Positions 40,499 through 51,273 of a stretch of DNA of 64,000 nucleotides are shown one piece after another. The translations under genes were made by a program, and so were the position numbers. How positions within the stretch are numbered: position 1 is the first letter of the stretch; each line of letters opens with the position of its first letter. Under the pieces are notes generated by a model. The model saw only the letters and a program-made list of their open reading frames with translations, ran no database searches and was not told the DNA's origin. Origin of the DNA: an uncultured Chloroflexia bacterium (GTDB taxonomy: Bacteria > Chloroflexota > Limnocylindria > Limnocylindrales > CSP1-4); the NCBI GenBank assembly GCA_963819655.1, contig CAWFXA010000002.1:1440001-1504000 (forward strand), read 5' to 3'.

Positions 40499-42097
40499 AT
40501 GCCCGATAGCGTCGACATCCTCATCACCGGCGGCACCATCGTCGATGGGACCGGTGCGCCGCCACGACTCGGGACGGTGGTCGTCGAAGGCGACCGGATG
40601 CGTGTGCTGGAACCGGCTTCTGGCGGCGAGACCCCGCAGCACGCCGGCGCGGCAATCGACGCGACCGGACGAGTCGTCGCGCCCGGCTTCATCGATCTCC
40701 ACAGCCACGGCGGCCTCGTCATCCTCGCCGAGCCGCTGCACGAACCCAAGGTCCGTCAGGGTGTCACCACCGAGATCGTCGGCGTCGACGGCAACGGCTT
40801 CGCGCCGTTCCGTCGGCAGGAGGATCTCGACGCGTTCGTGCACCTCGACTCCGGGCTCGATGGCCGTCCGGACATCGACTACGACTGGCGCTCCGTGGCC
40901 GACTACCTGGCACGGTATGACGGCACCGTCAGCCTCAACGTCGGCACGCTCGTCGGCAACAGCCAGCTCCGGATCGACGCGCTCGGCTGGGACGACGTCC
41001 CCGCCGACGACCGGGCCGTCGACCACATGCGCGGCGTTCTACGCGACGCGATGGCCGACGGCGCGGTCGGGCTGTCGTCGGGCCTCGACTATCCGCCGGG
41101 CAGCTTCGCCACCACCGACGAGCTGGCGGCACTGACGCACACGGCCGGCAAGCTCGGCGGCTTCTACCACACGCATGTGCGGTACACCCTCGGCGACCGC
41201 TATCTCGACCCGATCAGGGAGGCCATCGAGATCGGCCGGCGCGCCGGGGCTCCGAGCCACGTCACCCACTTCTACCACCGACAGACACATCCGGGCGGTC
41301 CGGATCGGCTGATCGCCCTCGTCGACGACGCCCGTGCCGAGGGCCTCGACATCACGTTCGACACGTACCCGTACGAGTGGGCGAGCACCAGGCTGCTGAT
41401 CCAGCTCCCGCAATGGATCCAGGCGGGCGGCCCGGGACCCCTCAAGGAACGCCTCGCCGATGCGAGCACGCGTGATCGACTCCGACGCGAGATGGGCCCG
41501 GCCTACACGAGCGCCGCCGGCTGGTCGGACCTTCGCCTCGGCAACTTCAAGCGGCCCGACCTGCTGCGCTGGGAATCACGGAGCCTCGCCGACGTGATGC
41601 ACGAGTCGGGGAGCGACGCCGTCGACACGATCTGCGACCTGCTCCTGGCGGAGGACCTCGGCATCAACCAGGTGACGAGCGGGCCGTGGACCGAATCGCT
41701 GCGAGAGTTCGTGACGCATCCGGTCGGGATGGTCGGCACGGACTCGACGTTCATCGCCGCGAAACCGAGCCCGCGGACCTACGGTTCGTACCCGCGGATC
41801 CTCGGTCAGTTCGTTCGGGACGAGCAGCTCCTCAGCCTGGAGCTGGCGATCCACAAGATGACGGGCGCGGCCGCTGCGCGACTCGGGCTGAAGCAGCGCG
41901 GGACCATCCGTGACGGAGCGCTTGCCGATCTCGTCGTCTTCGATCCGGCGACCGTCCGGAGCAACGCGACCTACGAGGAGCCGCGTCAGTACCCGACAGG
42001 CATCGACCACGTCATCGTCAACGGGACGCCGGTCGTCAGGGACGGCGAGCACACCGGGGCGACGCCGGGTCGAGCGATCCGGCTCGGAGTCGACTGA
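40499..42097 (+). CDS. N-acyl-D-amino-acid deacylase family amidohydrolase
   Basis: PGFIDLHSH, QGVTTE, SSGLDYPPG, PRTYGSYPR, ADLVVFD. Confidence 0.9.
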   Translation: MPDSVDILITGGTIVDGTGAPPRLGTVVVEGDRMRVLEPASGGETPQHAGAAIDATGRVVAPGFIDLHSHGGLVILAEPLHEPKVRQGVTTEIVGVDGNGFAPFRRQEDLDAFVHLDSGLDGRPDIDYDWRSVADYLARYDGTVSLNVGTLVGNSQLRIDALGWDDVPADDRAVDHMRGVLRDAMADGAVGLSSGLDYPPGSFATTDELAALTHTAGKLGGFYHTHVRYTLGDRYLDPIREAIEIGRRAGAPSHVTHFYHRQTHPGGPDRLIALVDDARAEGLDITFDTYPYEWASTRLLIQLPQWIQAGGPGPLKERLADASTRDRLRREMGPAYTSAAGWSDLRLGNFKRPDLLRWESRSLADVMHESGSDAVDTICDLLLAEDLGINQVTSGPWTESLREFVTHPVGMVGTDSTFIAAKPSPRTYGSYPRILGQFVRDEQLLSLELAIHKMTGAAAARLGLKQRGTIRDGALADLVVFDPATVRSNATYEEPRQYPTGIDHVIVNGTPVVRDGEHTGATPGRAIRLGVD

Positions 42098-42201
42098 CCG
42101 TCAGAGCCCGACGGCGTCGTCCGCGAAGTTGCCCTCGTCCCCGGCTTCGGCCGCGAGCAGCGGTCCAGCGTGGTCCGGGACCGATGGTATCGTCTGTGCG
42201 C

Positions 42202-44541
42202 ATGACGACCCGGACGAACGTGCCCGATGCGCTCGTCGTCCCGCCCGCCACGACAGTCCGCGGTCGCGCCCGCCCCGCCCTGCCGCTGCGGCGCGAGGGC
42301 CCGGAGAAGCTCACCGGGCTGGCCCTCTACACCGATGACATCGTGGTCCCGGGTGCGTGGTACGGCACCACGGTCCGCTCGAGCGACGCGCACGCGACAT
42401 TCGATGCGCTCGACTTCGATCCCGACTTCGACTGGTCGAAGGTCGTGGTCGTCACCGCCGACGACATCCCGGGCGACAACATCGTCAGCTCGATCAAGAG
42501 CGACCAGCCGATCCTCGTCCCGATCGGCGCTGAGATCCAGCACCACGCTGAGCCCCTGGCGCTCATCGCCGCGCCGGACAAGGCGACGCTCCGCGAGGCG
42601 CGCCGCAGGGCCGTGCCACGGACCACGAAGCTGCCCGCCGTGTTCGACCCCGACGCGTCCGACCACGTGTTCGCGAGCTACGCGATCGACCGCGGCGATC
42701 CCGACGCCGCGTTCCTGGCAGCCGACCTCATCCTCGAGGGCGAGTATCGGGTCGGCCACCAGGAGCAGCTCTACATCGAGAACAACGCGATGATCGCGGT
42801 CCCGACCGATGGCGGCGGCGTCACGGTGACCGGGTCGCTCCAATGCCCGTACTACCTGCATGCGGCACTCAAACGCGGTCTCGGGCTCGACGACCAGGCG
42901 GCACGGGTGGTCCAGGCCGAGACCGGTGGCGGGTTCGGCGGCAAGGAAGAGTTCCCGTCGGTGATCGGGCTTCACGCGGCCCTCCTCGCGCTCAAGGCTC
43001 AGAAACCGGTCCGCATGATCTACGACCGCCACGAGGACATCGCGGCCACGACCAAGCGCCACCCGGCGATCGTCCGACACCGCACCGGTGTGACCCACGA
43101 CGGCACGCTCATCGCGCAGGACATCGAGGTCGTCATGGATGGCGGCGCGTATTGCACGCTGACGCCCGTGGTCCTTTCGCGCGGGGCGATCCACTCCGGC
43201 GGCCCGTACCGCTGCCCGAACGTGCGGATCCGGGCCAAGGCGACCCGCACGAACACGCCTCCCAACGGCGCGTTCCGCGGGTTCGGTGCGCCGCAGACCG
43301 AGTTCGCGGCCGAGACCCACCTCAACCGGATCGCCGAGGGGCTCGGGATCTCGCCGCTCGACATCCGGCGGCGGAACGTCTACACGCCCGGCGACACGAC
43401 CCCGACCGGGCAACTGCTGCGGGACAGCGTGGCAGGCGAAGAGGTGCTGGAGCGAGCGGCCGAAGCCGCGGAGTTCAGCCACATGCGGGCACGGACCGGT
43501 GCCGCGCGGCGGGCGCGCGCCGGCTCGGGATCGATCCCGGGCTCGGCGCTTCGCACCGAGCGCGACCGGACGGCGTCGGGCATCGGCCTGGCGCTCGCCT
43601 GGCACGGCGCGGGATTCACCGGCTCGGGCGAGGTCCACCTCGCATCGGTCGCCTCGCTCGAGCTGACGGCCGAAGGCCGCGTGCGGATCCTTACCGCCTC
43701 GACCGAGATGGGCCAGGGCACCAAGACGATCTTCCCGCAGCTCGTCGGCGATGCCCTCGGGATCCCGGAGACCGACGTCGAGATCGCACCACAGGACACG
43801 GCATACGTCCCGGATTCCGGCCCGACCGTCGCGTCCCGCACGGCGATGGTCGTCGGCGGCCTCCTCATCAAGGCGGCCCAGCGATTGCGCGTCGACGTCG
43901 AGACCGCGACCGGCGGGCCGTTCGCCACGACCGCCGCGGGCTATGCGAGGGATCACGGCGCGACCCGCGTCGACCAGCAGTTCGAGCCGTACCCGGGCGG
44001 GACCCCGTTCGACGACGCGACGTACACCGGCGATGCGTACCCGGCGTTCGGCTGGGCCGCGTGCGTCGCGCGGGTCGACGTCGACCTCGACACCGGCGAG
44101 GTCCACGTCCGTGACGTCGTGGCGGCCGACGACATCGGGCGCGTCATCCACCCGGTCCTGGCCGAGGGCCAGGTCGAGGGCGGCACGTTGCAGGCCGTCG
44201 GGTACGCCACCATCGAGGAGATCAAGCTGCGCGACGGGCGCTACCTGAACGACCGGCTCGCGACCTACATCATCCCGACCGCACTCGACGCCCCGCGGAT
44301 CTCGACGATCCTGGTCGAGGCCCCATTCGGGGGCGCGCCACACGGCGCCAAGGGGGTCGGGGAGCTGCCGATGGACGTCGGGGCGCCGGCGGTCGTCGCC
44401 GCCATCGCCGACGCGACCGGAGCCTGGGTCACCGACCTGCCGGCCAGCCCGGAGCGGATCCTGGCGGCCCTCGCCGATCGCCCGGCCGTGGCCGGGCCGC
44501 GTCCCGCCGAGTCGGAACCGGCCCGGGAACTCGCCTCGTGA
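42202..44541 (+). CDS. Xanthine dehydrogenase molybdopterin-binding subunit (PucD-like)
   Basis: GGGFGGKE, AFRGFGAPQ, EMGQG, TVASR, GQVEGG, AKGVGE. Confidence 0.9.
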   Translation: MTTRTNVPDALVVPPATTVRGRARPALPLRREGPEKLTGLALYTDDIVVPGAWYGTTVRSSDAHATFDALDFDPDFDWSKVVVVTADDIPGDNIVSSIKSDQPILVPIGAEIQHHAEPLALIAAPDKATLREARRRAVPRTTKLPAVFDPDASDHVFASYAIDRGDPDAAFLAADLILEGEYRVGHQEQLYIENNAMIAVPTDGGGVTVTGSLQCPYYLHAALKRGLGLDDQAARVVQAETGGGFGGKEEFPSVIGLHAALLALKAQKPVRMIYDRHEDIAATTKRHPAIVRHRTGVTHDGTLIAQDIEVVMDGGAYCTLTPVVLSRGAIHSGGPYRCPNVRIRAKATRTNTPPNGAFRGFGAPQTEFAAETHLNRIAEGLGISPLDIRRRNVYTPGDTTPTGQLLRDSVAGEEVLERAAEAAEFSHMRARTGAARRARAGSGSIPGSALRTERDRTASGIGLALAWHGAGFTGSGEVHLASVASLELTAEGRVRILTASTEMGQGTKTIFPQLVGDALGIPETDVEIAPQDTAYVPDSGPTVASRTAMVVGGLLIKAAQRLRVDVETATGGPFATTAAGYARDHGATRVDQQFEPYPGGTPFDDATYTGDAYPAFGWAACVARVDVDLDTGEVHVRDVVAADDIGRVIHPVLAEGQVEGGTLQAVGYATIEEIKLRDGRYLNDRLATYIIPTALDAPRISTILVEAPFGGAPHGAKGVGELPMDVGAPAVVAAIADATGAWVTDLPASPERILAALADRPAVAGPRPAESEPARELAS

Positions 44542-45047
44542 CGAGTTACAGCTTTGTCGTCAACGGGACGACGGCCGAGGTCGACGTGCCCGGGATGCGC
44601 CGGCTGCTCGACGTCCTGCGCGAGGATCTCAGCCTCACCGGAACGAAGGAGGGCTGCGGGGAAGGGGAGTGTGGCGCGTGCACGGTCCTCGTCGACGGAG
44701 CACCGGTCGATTCGTGCCTCGTGCCGATCTGCCAGGTGGCCGGCACGGAGATCCGGACGGTCGAGGGCCTGGCCCCGACGTCCCAGGTCGCGAGCCAGGT
44801 CGGCGCCCCGACCTCGACCGCGCACCTCGACGCCCTGCAACACGCATTCCTCGTGACGGGCGGCGCCCAGTGCGGCATCTGCACGCCCGGCATGCTCATG
44901 GCGGCTCGCGCATACCTCGACGCCGGCGGGGGCCCGGACGAGGACGCTATCCGCGAATCGATCGCCGGCAATCTCTGCCGGTGTACTGGCTACACGAAGA
45001 TCGTCGAGGCCATCGCCCTCGTCGCGAACGGAGGGGCTAGATCGTGA
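44538..45047 (+). CDS. Xanthine dehydrogenase 2Fe-2S subunit (PucE-like)
   Basis: GCGEGECGAC, QCGICTPG, NLCRCTGY. Confidence 0.93.
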   Translation: MTSYSFVVNGTTAEVDVPGMRRLLDVLREDLSLTGTKEGCGEGECGACTVLVDGAPVDSCLVPICQVAGTEIRTVEGLAPTSQVASQVGAPTSTAHLDALQHAFLVTGGAQCGICTPGMLMAARAYLDAGGGPDEDAIRESIAGNLCRCTGYTKIVEAIALVANGGARS

Positions 45048-45310
45048 GTCCATCAGGTGATCGGGTGGCGGTGCCGACGAATGGCCACCACCCCGCGCTG
45101 TCCGAGCATGAGATCGACGCCGTCGGCGCCGATCCCGACGTCGATGCGACCGCCGCGACCGACCCGGGTGTCGGCCCGCCCGTCGTCGAGGACCGCGGGG
45201 CTCGCTCGCCCGTGCCGGTCGTCACGCCGGGCCAGCTCGCGGCCGGGTTCGGCATCATCGCGGCGTTGATCCTGCTGGTCGTGGGCCGTCGCCGCGGCCG
45301 ACGCGGCTGA
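45044..45310 (+). CDS. Small C-terminally anchored membrane protein inside the xdh operon
   Basis: GTGA overlap with the Fe-S gene; acidic N-terminus, one TM helix, RRRGRRG tail. Confidence 0.55.
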   Translation: MSPSGDRVAVPTNGHHPALSEHEIDAVGADPDVDATAATDPGVGPPVVEDRGARSPVPVVTPGQLAAGFGIIAALILLVVGRRRGRRG

Positions 45311-45333
45311 GGGACGCGCCGGACACAGTCCCG

Positions 45334-46195
45334 ATGTCGATCGAGCCGCCCGTCACCAGCCCGCGCGATCTCGAGGGCGCGTACGCAGCGTTGTCGTCGG
45401 GGAGTGCCGAGAACCCGGTGCGGCCGGTCGCCGGCGGCACCGACCTGATGGTCGCGCTGACCGGCGAGCTCGGCCCGCGGCCCGCCAACGTCGTCGACAT
45501 CTGGGCGATCGACGCCCTGCGCGGCATCGCGATCGATGGCGACCTTCTGACCCTCGGCGCGCTCACGACGTACACCGATATCCGCCGCTCGGCGCTGTGC
45601 CGCGAGCACGTCCCGGCGCTGGTCGAGGCGGCCGCGACGATCGGCGCGGCGCAGATCCAGAACCGTGGCACGCTCGGGGGCAACATCGCGAACGCCTCGC
45701 CCGCGGGGGACACGCTGCCGGTGCTCCTGGCGGCGGATGCCGTGTTCATCATCGGCTCGGAACGGGGTGAGCGTGAGGTACCGGCCGACCGGTTCTGGAC
45801 GGGTTATCGAGCCACCGCACTCGCTCACGACGAGCTGATCCTGCGCATCCGCATCCCGCTCACCGCGCGCCCGCGAGATGCGCTTTCGCAAGGTCGGCAC
45901 GCGCCGCGCTCAGTCGATCAGCAAGGTCGTGATGGCCGTCGCGTGGCACGGCGACGGGACGTGGACGAAGGTCCGTGTCGCCCTCGGGTCCGTGGCGGCC
46001 ACCCCGATCCGTGCCGCCGCGGCTGAGGCCGCGCTCGAGGGTCGATCCCCGACGCCGGAGACCGCGGACCGGGCGGCAGAGGTGCTCGCCGGCGAGCTGG
46101 CACCGATCGACGACGTCCGGTCGACCGCAGAGTACCGCCGCCTCGTCGCGGCGCGGATCCTGCACCGCATCATCCGTGACGCGGCCGGGTGGTGA
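45334..46195 (+). CDS. Xanthine dehydrogenase FAD-binding subunit (PucC-like); frameshift near 45865
   Basis: AGGTDL, QIQNRGTLGGNIANASPAGD; C-terminus KVGTRRAQ...PIDDVRST in another frame. Confidence 0.88.
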
Positions 46196-46675
46196 ACGCG
46201 GATCGGGACACGCTCGCGGATCGCGACACCCTGGCCGCGCTGTTCGAAGGCGCGCCACGTTTCCTCGATCGCCTGATCGCCGCCGGGCCGTTCGAGAGCT
46301 CCGACGCCCTGTTCGCCGCCGCGCGGGACGATCGCCCATGAGATGCCCGAGGAAGAGCAGGTCGAGCTGATCGACGCCCACCCGCGGCTCGGGGCAGCAC
46401 CCGGGTCCGTGTCGGCGATGAGCTACGTGGAGCAGGGGTACGACCGGGGAGCCGGCACGCCCGTCGACGTCGCTGCGGAACTCGAGCACCTCAACGACGA
46501 GTACGAGGCGCGCCACGGGTTCCGCTACTGCGTCTTCGTCGCAGGCCGGCCCCGGGAGGCACTGCTCCCCGGGTTCGCCGCCGCGCTCGACGCGGATCGG
46601 TCGACCGAGCTCCACCGAGCCCTCGACGCCGTCGTCGACATCGCCATCGACCGGCATGCGAAGCTGTCAGCGTGA
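46192..46675 (+). CDS. uraD: OHCU decarboxylase; frameshift near 46326
   Basis: LFE, AHPRLG, S..EQ, LN.EYE.RHGF...FV, IA..R. Confidence 0.8.
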
Positions 46676-47521
46676 TCGAGCTCGGTGCCAATCGGTACGG
46701 CAAGGCCGCGATCCGGGTCGTGCGGGTCGGTCGCGACACGAGCCCGCACAGCCTCCATGACCTGACCGTGGCTGTCGCCCTCGAGGGCGACTTCACGACC
46801 GCCCACACCGACGGCGACAACTCCCTCGTCGTGGCGACCGACACGATGAAGAACACCGCCTACGCGTTCGCGATGGACCACCTCGACGGCGCGATCGAGT
46901 CGTACGGGCAGGCCCTGGCGGAGCATTTCCTCGAGTTCGACCAGGTCGAGACCGCGACGGTCAACATCCGCGGCCACCAGTGGCGCCCGATCGATGTCGC
47001 GGGCAGCCCGGCGCCCGATGCCTTCGTCCGCGGACGGCGAGGGCACGCGCGTCGCGACCGTCGCCGCGTCCAGGGCCGGCACGACGGTCGAGGCCGGCGT
47101 CGAGGATCTCGTCGTCATGAAGACGACCCGCTCGGCGTTCGCGGGCTTCCCGCGTGACCAGTTCACGACGTTGCCCGAGACCGACGACAGGCTCATGGCC
47201 ACCAAGATCACCGCGATCTGGCGCTATGGCTCGCCCGACCTCGACTTCGACCGCGTCTTCCTCGATGCCCGGACGACCCTGCTCGAGGTGTTCGCCGACC
47301 ACGACAGCCCGAGCGTGCAGACCAGCATCTGGATCATGGCCAAGGCGATGCTGGAACGGCACGAGGAGCTCGACGAGGTGCGGATGGTGCTCCCGAACCT
47401 GCACCATTGGCCCGTCGATCTGTCGGGGTTGGGCATGACGAACGACAGGACCGTGTACGTGGCGACGACCGAACCGCACGGGCTCATCGAGGCCACGATC
47501 CGCCGTTCGGAGGTGTCGTGA
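46672..47521 (+). CDS. pucL: Cofactor-independent urate oxidase; frameshift near 47035
   Basis: NRYGK, VATDTMKNT, KTT.SAF.GF.RD..TTLPET.DR, SPSVQ, PNLH, PHGLIEA. Confidence 0.92.
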
Positions 47522-49084
47522 TGGCACCGCCCGGCGTGGTCGTCACGGGTCCGCCGGTCGAGGGCGCCGAGCGCGTCCTGACCGACGACGCCCTCGCCTT
47601 CATCGCCGACCTCCAGCGGCGCTTCGGCCAGGTTCGCCTCGACCTCCTCCACCGGCGGCATGAACGGCAGGCCGAGCTCGATGCCGGCGGACGACTGGAC
47701 TTCCCGGCCGGCACCCGCGAGATCCGCGACGCCGACTGGACCGTCGCCCCGGCGCCGGCCGACTTCGACGACCGGCGGGTCGAGATCACCGGGCCGGCCG
47801 AGCCAAAGATGATGATCAACGCGCTGAACTCAGGCGCCCGGGTCTTCATGGCCGACCTCGAGGATGCGCTCTCACCGACGTGGGGCAACGTCGTCGGCGG
47901 GCAGGCGGCGCTCATCGAGGCGGTCCGCGGCACGCTGGCCTTCGACTCGCCGGAGGGCAAGTCGTATCGACTCGGCCGACCGCGTCGCGCAGCTGGTCGT
48001 CCGCCCGCGCGGCTGGCACCTGGTCGAGTCGCACGTGCTGGTCGATGGCGTGCCGGTGTCGGCGTCCCTGTTCGATGCGGGGCTGTACCTGTTCCACAAC
48101 GCCGCCGAGCGGGTCGCTCGAGGGTCCGGGCCGTATCTCTACCTGCCCAAGCTCGAGTCGCACCACGAGGCGCGCCTGTGGAACGAGGTGTTCGTGCACG
48201 CGCAGGCGAGCCTCGGGGTCCCGCGCGGGTCGATCCGGGCGACCGTGCTCATCGAGACGATCACCGCGGCGTTCGAGATGGACGAGATCCTGTTCGAGTT
48301 GCGCGAACACGCGGCCGGCCTGAATGCCGGCCGATGGGACTACCTGTTCAGCGTGATCAAGCGGTTCCGCCGCGATCCCGAGCTCTCGTCGCCCGATCGA
48401 TCGCAGCTCACGATGACGGTCCCGTTCATGCGGTCGTACACCCAGTTGCTCGTGCGGACGTGCCACCGGCGCGGCGCGCATGCGATCGGCGGCATGGCGG
48501 CGTTCATCCCGAACCGACGCGATCTCGAGGTCACGGAACGGGCGCTCGCCAAGGTCCGCGAGGACAAGGAGCGCGAATCGCGCGACGGCTTCGATGGGAC
48601 GTGGGTCGCTCACCCGGACCTCGTCCCGGTGGCGATGGAGATCTTCGATGCGGTGCTCGGTTCCAAGCCGAACCAGAAGGATCGGTCCCCGGACGACGAC
48701 GGCGCAACCGCCCCAAGCGCAGCCGATCTGAGCGACTTCCGCATCGGGGGCGGCGCCGTCACGGACGACGGCATCCGCGCCAACGTCCGTGTCGCGCTGG
48801 CGTACCTCGACGCGTGGCTGCGCGGAACCGGCGCTGCGGCGATCGACAACCTGATGGAGGACGCCGCGACGGCCGAGATCGCCCGATCCCAGCTGTGGCT
48901 GTGGCGGACGCGCGGCCTGCTATCGGTCGAGCGCTACGCCGCGTTCCGGGACGAGGAGCTCGGCCGCCTCGGCGGAGTGGCCGAGGGCCGGCTCAAGGAC
49001 GCCTGGGAGATCCTCGACCACCTCGTGCTCGACGACGAATTCGCCGAGTTCCTGACCCTTCGGGCCTACGCCGTCCTGGAATAG
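47521..49084 (+). CDS. aceB: Malate synthase A; frameshift near 47975
   Basis: [53 protein letters not shown]. Confidence 0.93.
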
Positions 49085-49100
49085 CGGGTATCCCGCTGTC

Positions 49101-49200
49101 CCGGCAGCCGCAGCCCGGCAGCCGCAGCCCATCGCCCGCGCAGCCGCAGCCGCCCCCGCGCAGCCCGCGCGCAGCCCGGCAGCCGCTGCCCCGCCCCGCC
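49101..49200. repeat. GCAGCC-rich degenerate microsatellite
   Basis: Nine GCAGCC units within 100 bp. Confidence 0.7.
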
Positions 49201-49204
49201 GCGG

Positions 49205-49857
49205 TGATGCATATTTCCTGCCGTCCGGCCGACCATGGTCAACTGATGCGCATGGGCCGCATCAGCGACGCCGAGGTGAGGACGGGTAGAAGGCAACGTG
49301 GATCTGGGTGGTGACTGCCCACCGCTACGCTCGCCAGATGGCTTGGACGGAGGAAGACCGCGAGCGTCGGTTTCCCGAGGTGCAGCGCGGTTGGGAGCTG
49401 ATCGGTGCGGCGGTCAAGCGTCGTCGATTCGCGATCCGCTGGTCGCAGCGCGACCTCGGGCGCGCCAGCGGTATCGATCAGAGCGTGATCTCGCGCCTCG
49501 AGAATGGTCGGCTCTCTGGGCTGCGCTTCTCCCGCTTCGCCCGGATCGTTGCCGCGATGAATGGCCTCGACCCTGAGGCGCCGCATCCGCCCCTGCGTCC
49601 GTGGCATCACCTGAACTGAGAAGACTCGGCCACGATGCGGGCCGTGTGCATCAGTCCGAACAGTGACGGCGGCGCGTCTCCCTCAACCCTTCGGGTGATG
49701 CGGCGCATGCGCATCGAGCGCGCGACTGAGTACGATCGCGCGCCTCAGTCCGGCTGGGTAATGGCGGCGCGCCCCCCTCCGCCTTCGGGTGATGCGGTGA
49801 TGCGGGCCATGCGCATCAGCGGGGAAAGGGCGAGCGTCGGGCGGAATTTATGCATCA
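49205..49857. mobile_element. Putative inverted-repeat-bounded element carrying an XRE HTH gene
   Basis: 60-bp bipartite inverted repeats at 49205-49264 and 49798-49857 (TGATGCATA-N29-CTGATGCGCATGGnCCGCATCA); no transposase. Confidence 0.5.
49338..49619 (+). CDS. Small XRE-family HTH protein
   Basis: WSQRDLGRASGIDQSVISRLENG. Confidence 0.8.
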   Translation: MAWTEEDRERRFPEVQRGWELIGAAVKRRRFAIRWSQRDLGRASGIDQSVISRLENGRLSGLRFSRFARIVAAMNGLDPEAPHPPLRPWHHLN

Positions 49858-51273
49858 ACTTGTCTCCGGGCCGCTTGTTACAGGGCCGCGCTCCAGGTGC
49901 TGCCCGAAGCCGCGGCTGCCAACGAACGAGCCGTCGCGGATCACCTCGGCACCGCGCACGAAGACATCCCGGACAGCGCCGCTGACTTCAAGCCCCTCAT
50001 ACGGCGTGTAGTCGCTCGTGTGGTGCAGCTCGGCGGCAAGGAGGGTCCGGCGCGCGGAAGGGTCGAAGATGACGATGTCCGCGTCGCGGCCGACCTGGAG
50101 CGCGCCTTTGCTCGGCATGCCAAAACGTGCCGCGGGCGCCGTGGATACCAGTTCCACCATCCGCTCCACGGTGATCCGGCCGCGCGCGACGCCTTCGCTG
50201 TAGACGAGCGCGAGCAGCGTCTCGATGCCCGGCGCTCCATTGCTGATGCGGTCGAACGACACGCCGGAACCTGCTTCCGCCTTCTCGACCGCCACGCGAT
50301 CCGGGACGTGGTCGGTCGCGACGAGATCGAGCGAACCGTCGGCCAGTCCCGCCCAGAGGGCATCGCGGTCGGCAACTGACCGCAGCGGCGGCGAGATGAC
50401 GAAGCATGCGCACCGGACGGGGTCGGGCTCGTCGTACGCCTCTTCGGTCAGCACCAAGTAGTGCGGGCACGTCTCCGCCGACACCCGGACACCCGCCGCC
50501 TTGGCGCGGCGAACCTCATCGAGGGCGGCAGCGGATGACAGGTGGACGACGTGGACGGGGGAGTCGGTCGCGCGCGCGAAGGCGAGCGCCCGGGCAGTGG
50601 CGACGGCCTCGACATACGGCGGCCGCGACGTCGCGTGGTAGCGCGGTAGCGTGTCACCACGCTGAAGCGCGGCCGCGACTCCCGCGTCGAGCAGCACCGG
50701 ATCCTCGCAGTGGACCTGCAGCATCCCGCCGCGCGCACCCATGACGCGCATCGCATCGAACAGCGCCTGATCGCCAAGCCGGAAGTCGAAGACCATGAAG
50801 GCCTTCGAGGTCGCGACGCCCGCATCGATCGTGGCTGGCAGCTCGGTGAGTGGGTCGTCGGCGTGACCGGAGATCGCGAGCGAGAGGCCGTAGTCGATCG
50901 CACTGTCGGATTCCGTGGCGGTTCGCCATTCTGCGAGCCCGGTCTGAAGCGATCGCTCGGCCTGCGGCGACGACCCCGTTCCGGGGTTGTTGAACGACAG
51001 GAACGACGTCGTGCCACCGAACGCGGCGGCGACCGAATCCTGGAAGAACCGGTCCGGCTCCTCAGCGCTCGCCACGCGGGTATGTGTGTGGACATCGACG
51101 ACTCCGGGGAGAAGCAGCATCCCGGTCGCCTCGATCAGGCGGTCGGCGCTTGCCGCGAGCCCGTCGAGTGAGGGCTCGATCGCCGTGATCCGGCCGCCGT
51201 CGGCCGCCAGGTCAGCGCGCCGCGAGCCGCCCGCCGTGACGATGGTGCCGCCGCGGATGACGAGGTCCGTCAG
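49855..51273 (-). CDS. Cyclic amidohydrolase (dihydropyrimidinase/allantoinase family); probable CTG start at 51273
   Basis: LVIRGGTIVT, PGVVDVHTH, AAFGGTT, VHCE, HVVHLS, ETCPHYL, SPPLR, ATDH. Confidence 0.88.
   Translation of the reverse strand: MTDLVIRGGTIVTAGGSRRADLAADGGRITAIEPSLDGLAASADRLIEATGMLLLPGVVDVHTHTRVASAEEPDRFFQDSVAAAFGGTTSFLSFNNPGTGSSPQAERSLQTGLAEWRTATESDSAIDYGLSLAISGHADDPLTELPATIDAGVATSKAFMVFDFRLGDQALFDAMRVMGARGGMLQVHCEDPVLLDAGVAAALQRGDTLPRYHATSRPPYVEAVATARALAFARATDSPVHVVHLSSAAALDEVRRAKAAGVRVSAETCPHYLVLTEEAYDEPDPVRCACFVISPPLRSVADRDALWAGLADGSLDLVATDHVPDRVAVEKAEAGSGVSFDRISNGAPGIETLLALVYSEGVARGRITVERMVELVSTAPAARFGMPSKGALQVGRDADIVIFDPSARRTLLAAELHHTSDYTPYEGLEVSGAVRDVFVRGAEVIRDGSFVGSRGFGQHLERGPVTSGPETS

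Noticed and set aside
41986-44343. Long antisense and alternative-frame ORFs (e.g. 41986-44343 -, 31237-33474 -, 60397-62157 -, the upstream part of 4082-6166)
   Set aside because: These are shadow ORFs expected at high GC, lying opposite or overlapping well-supported genes and lacking family motifs.
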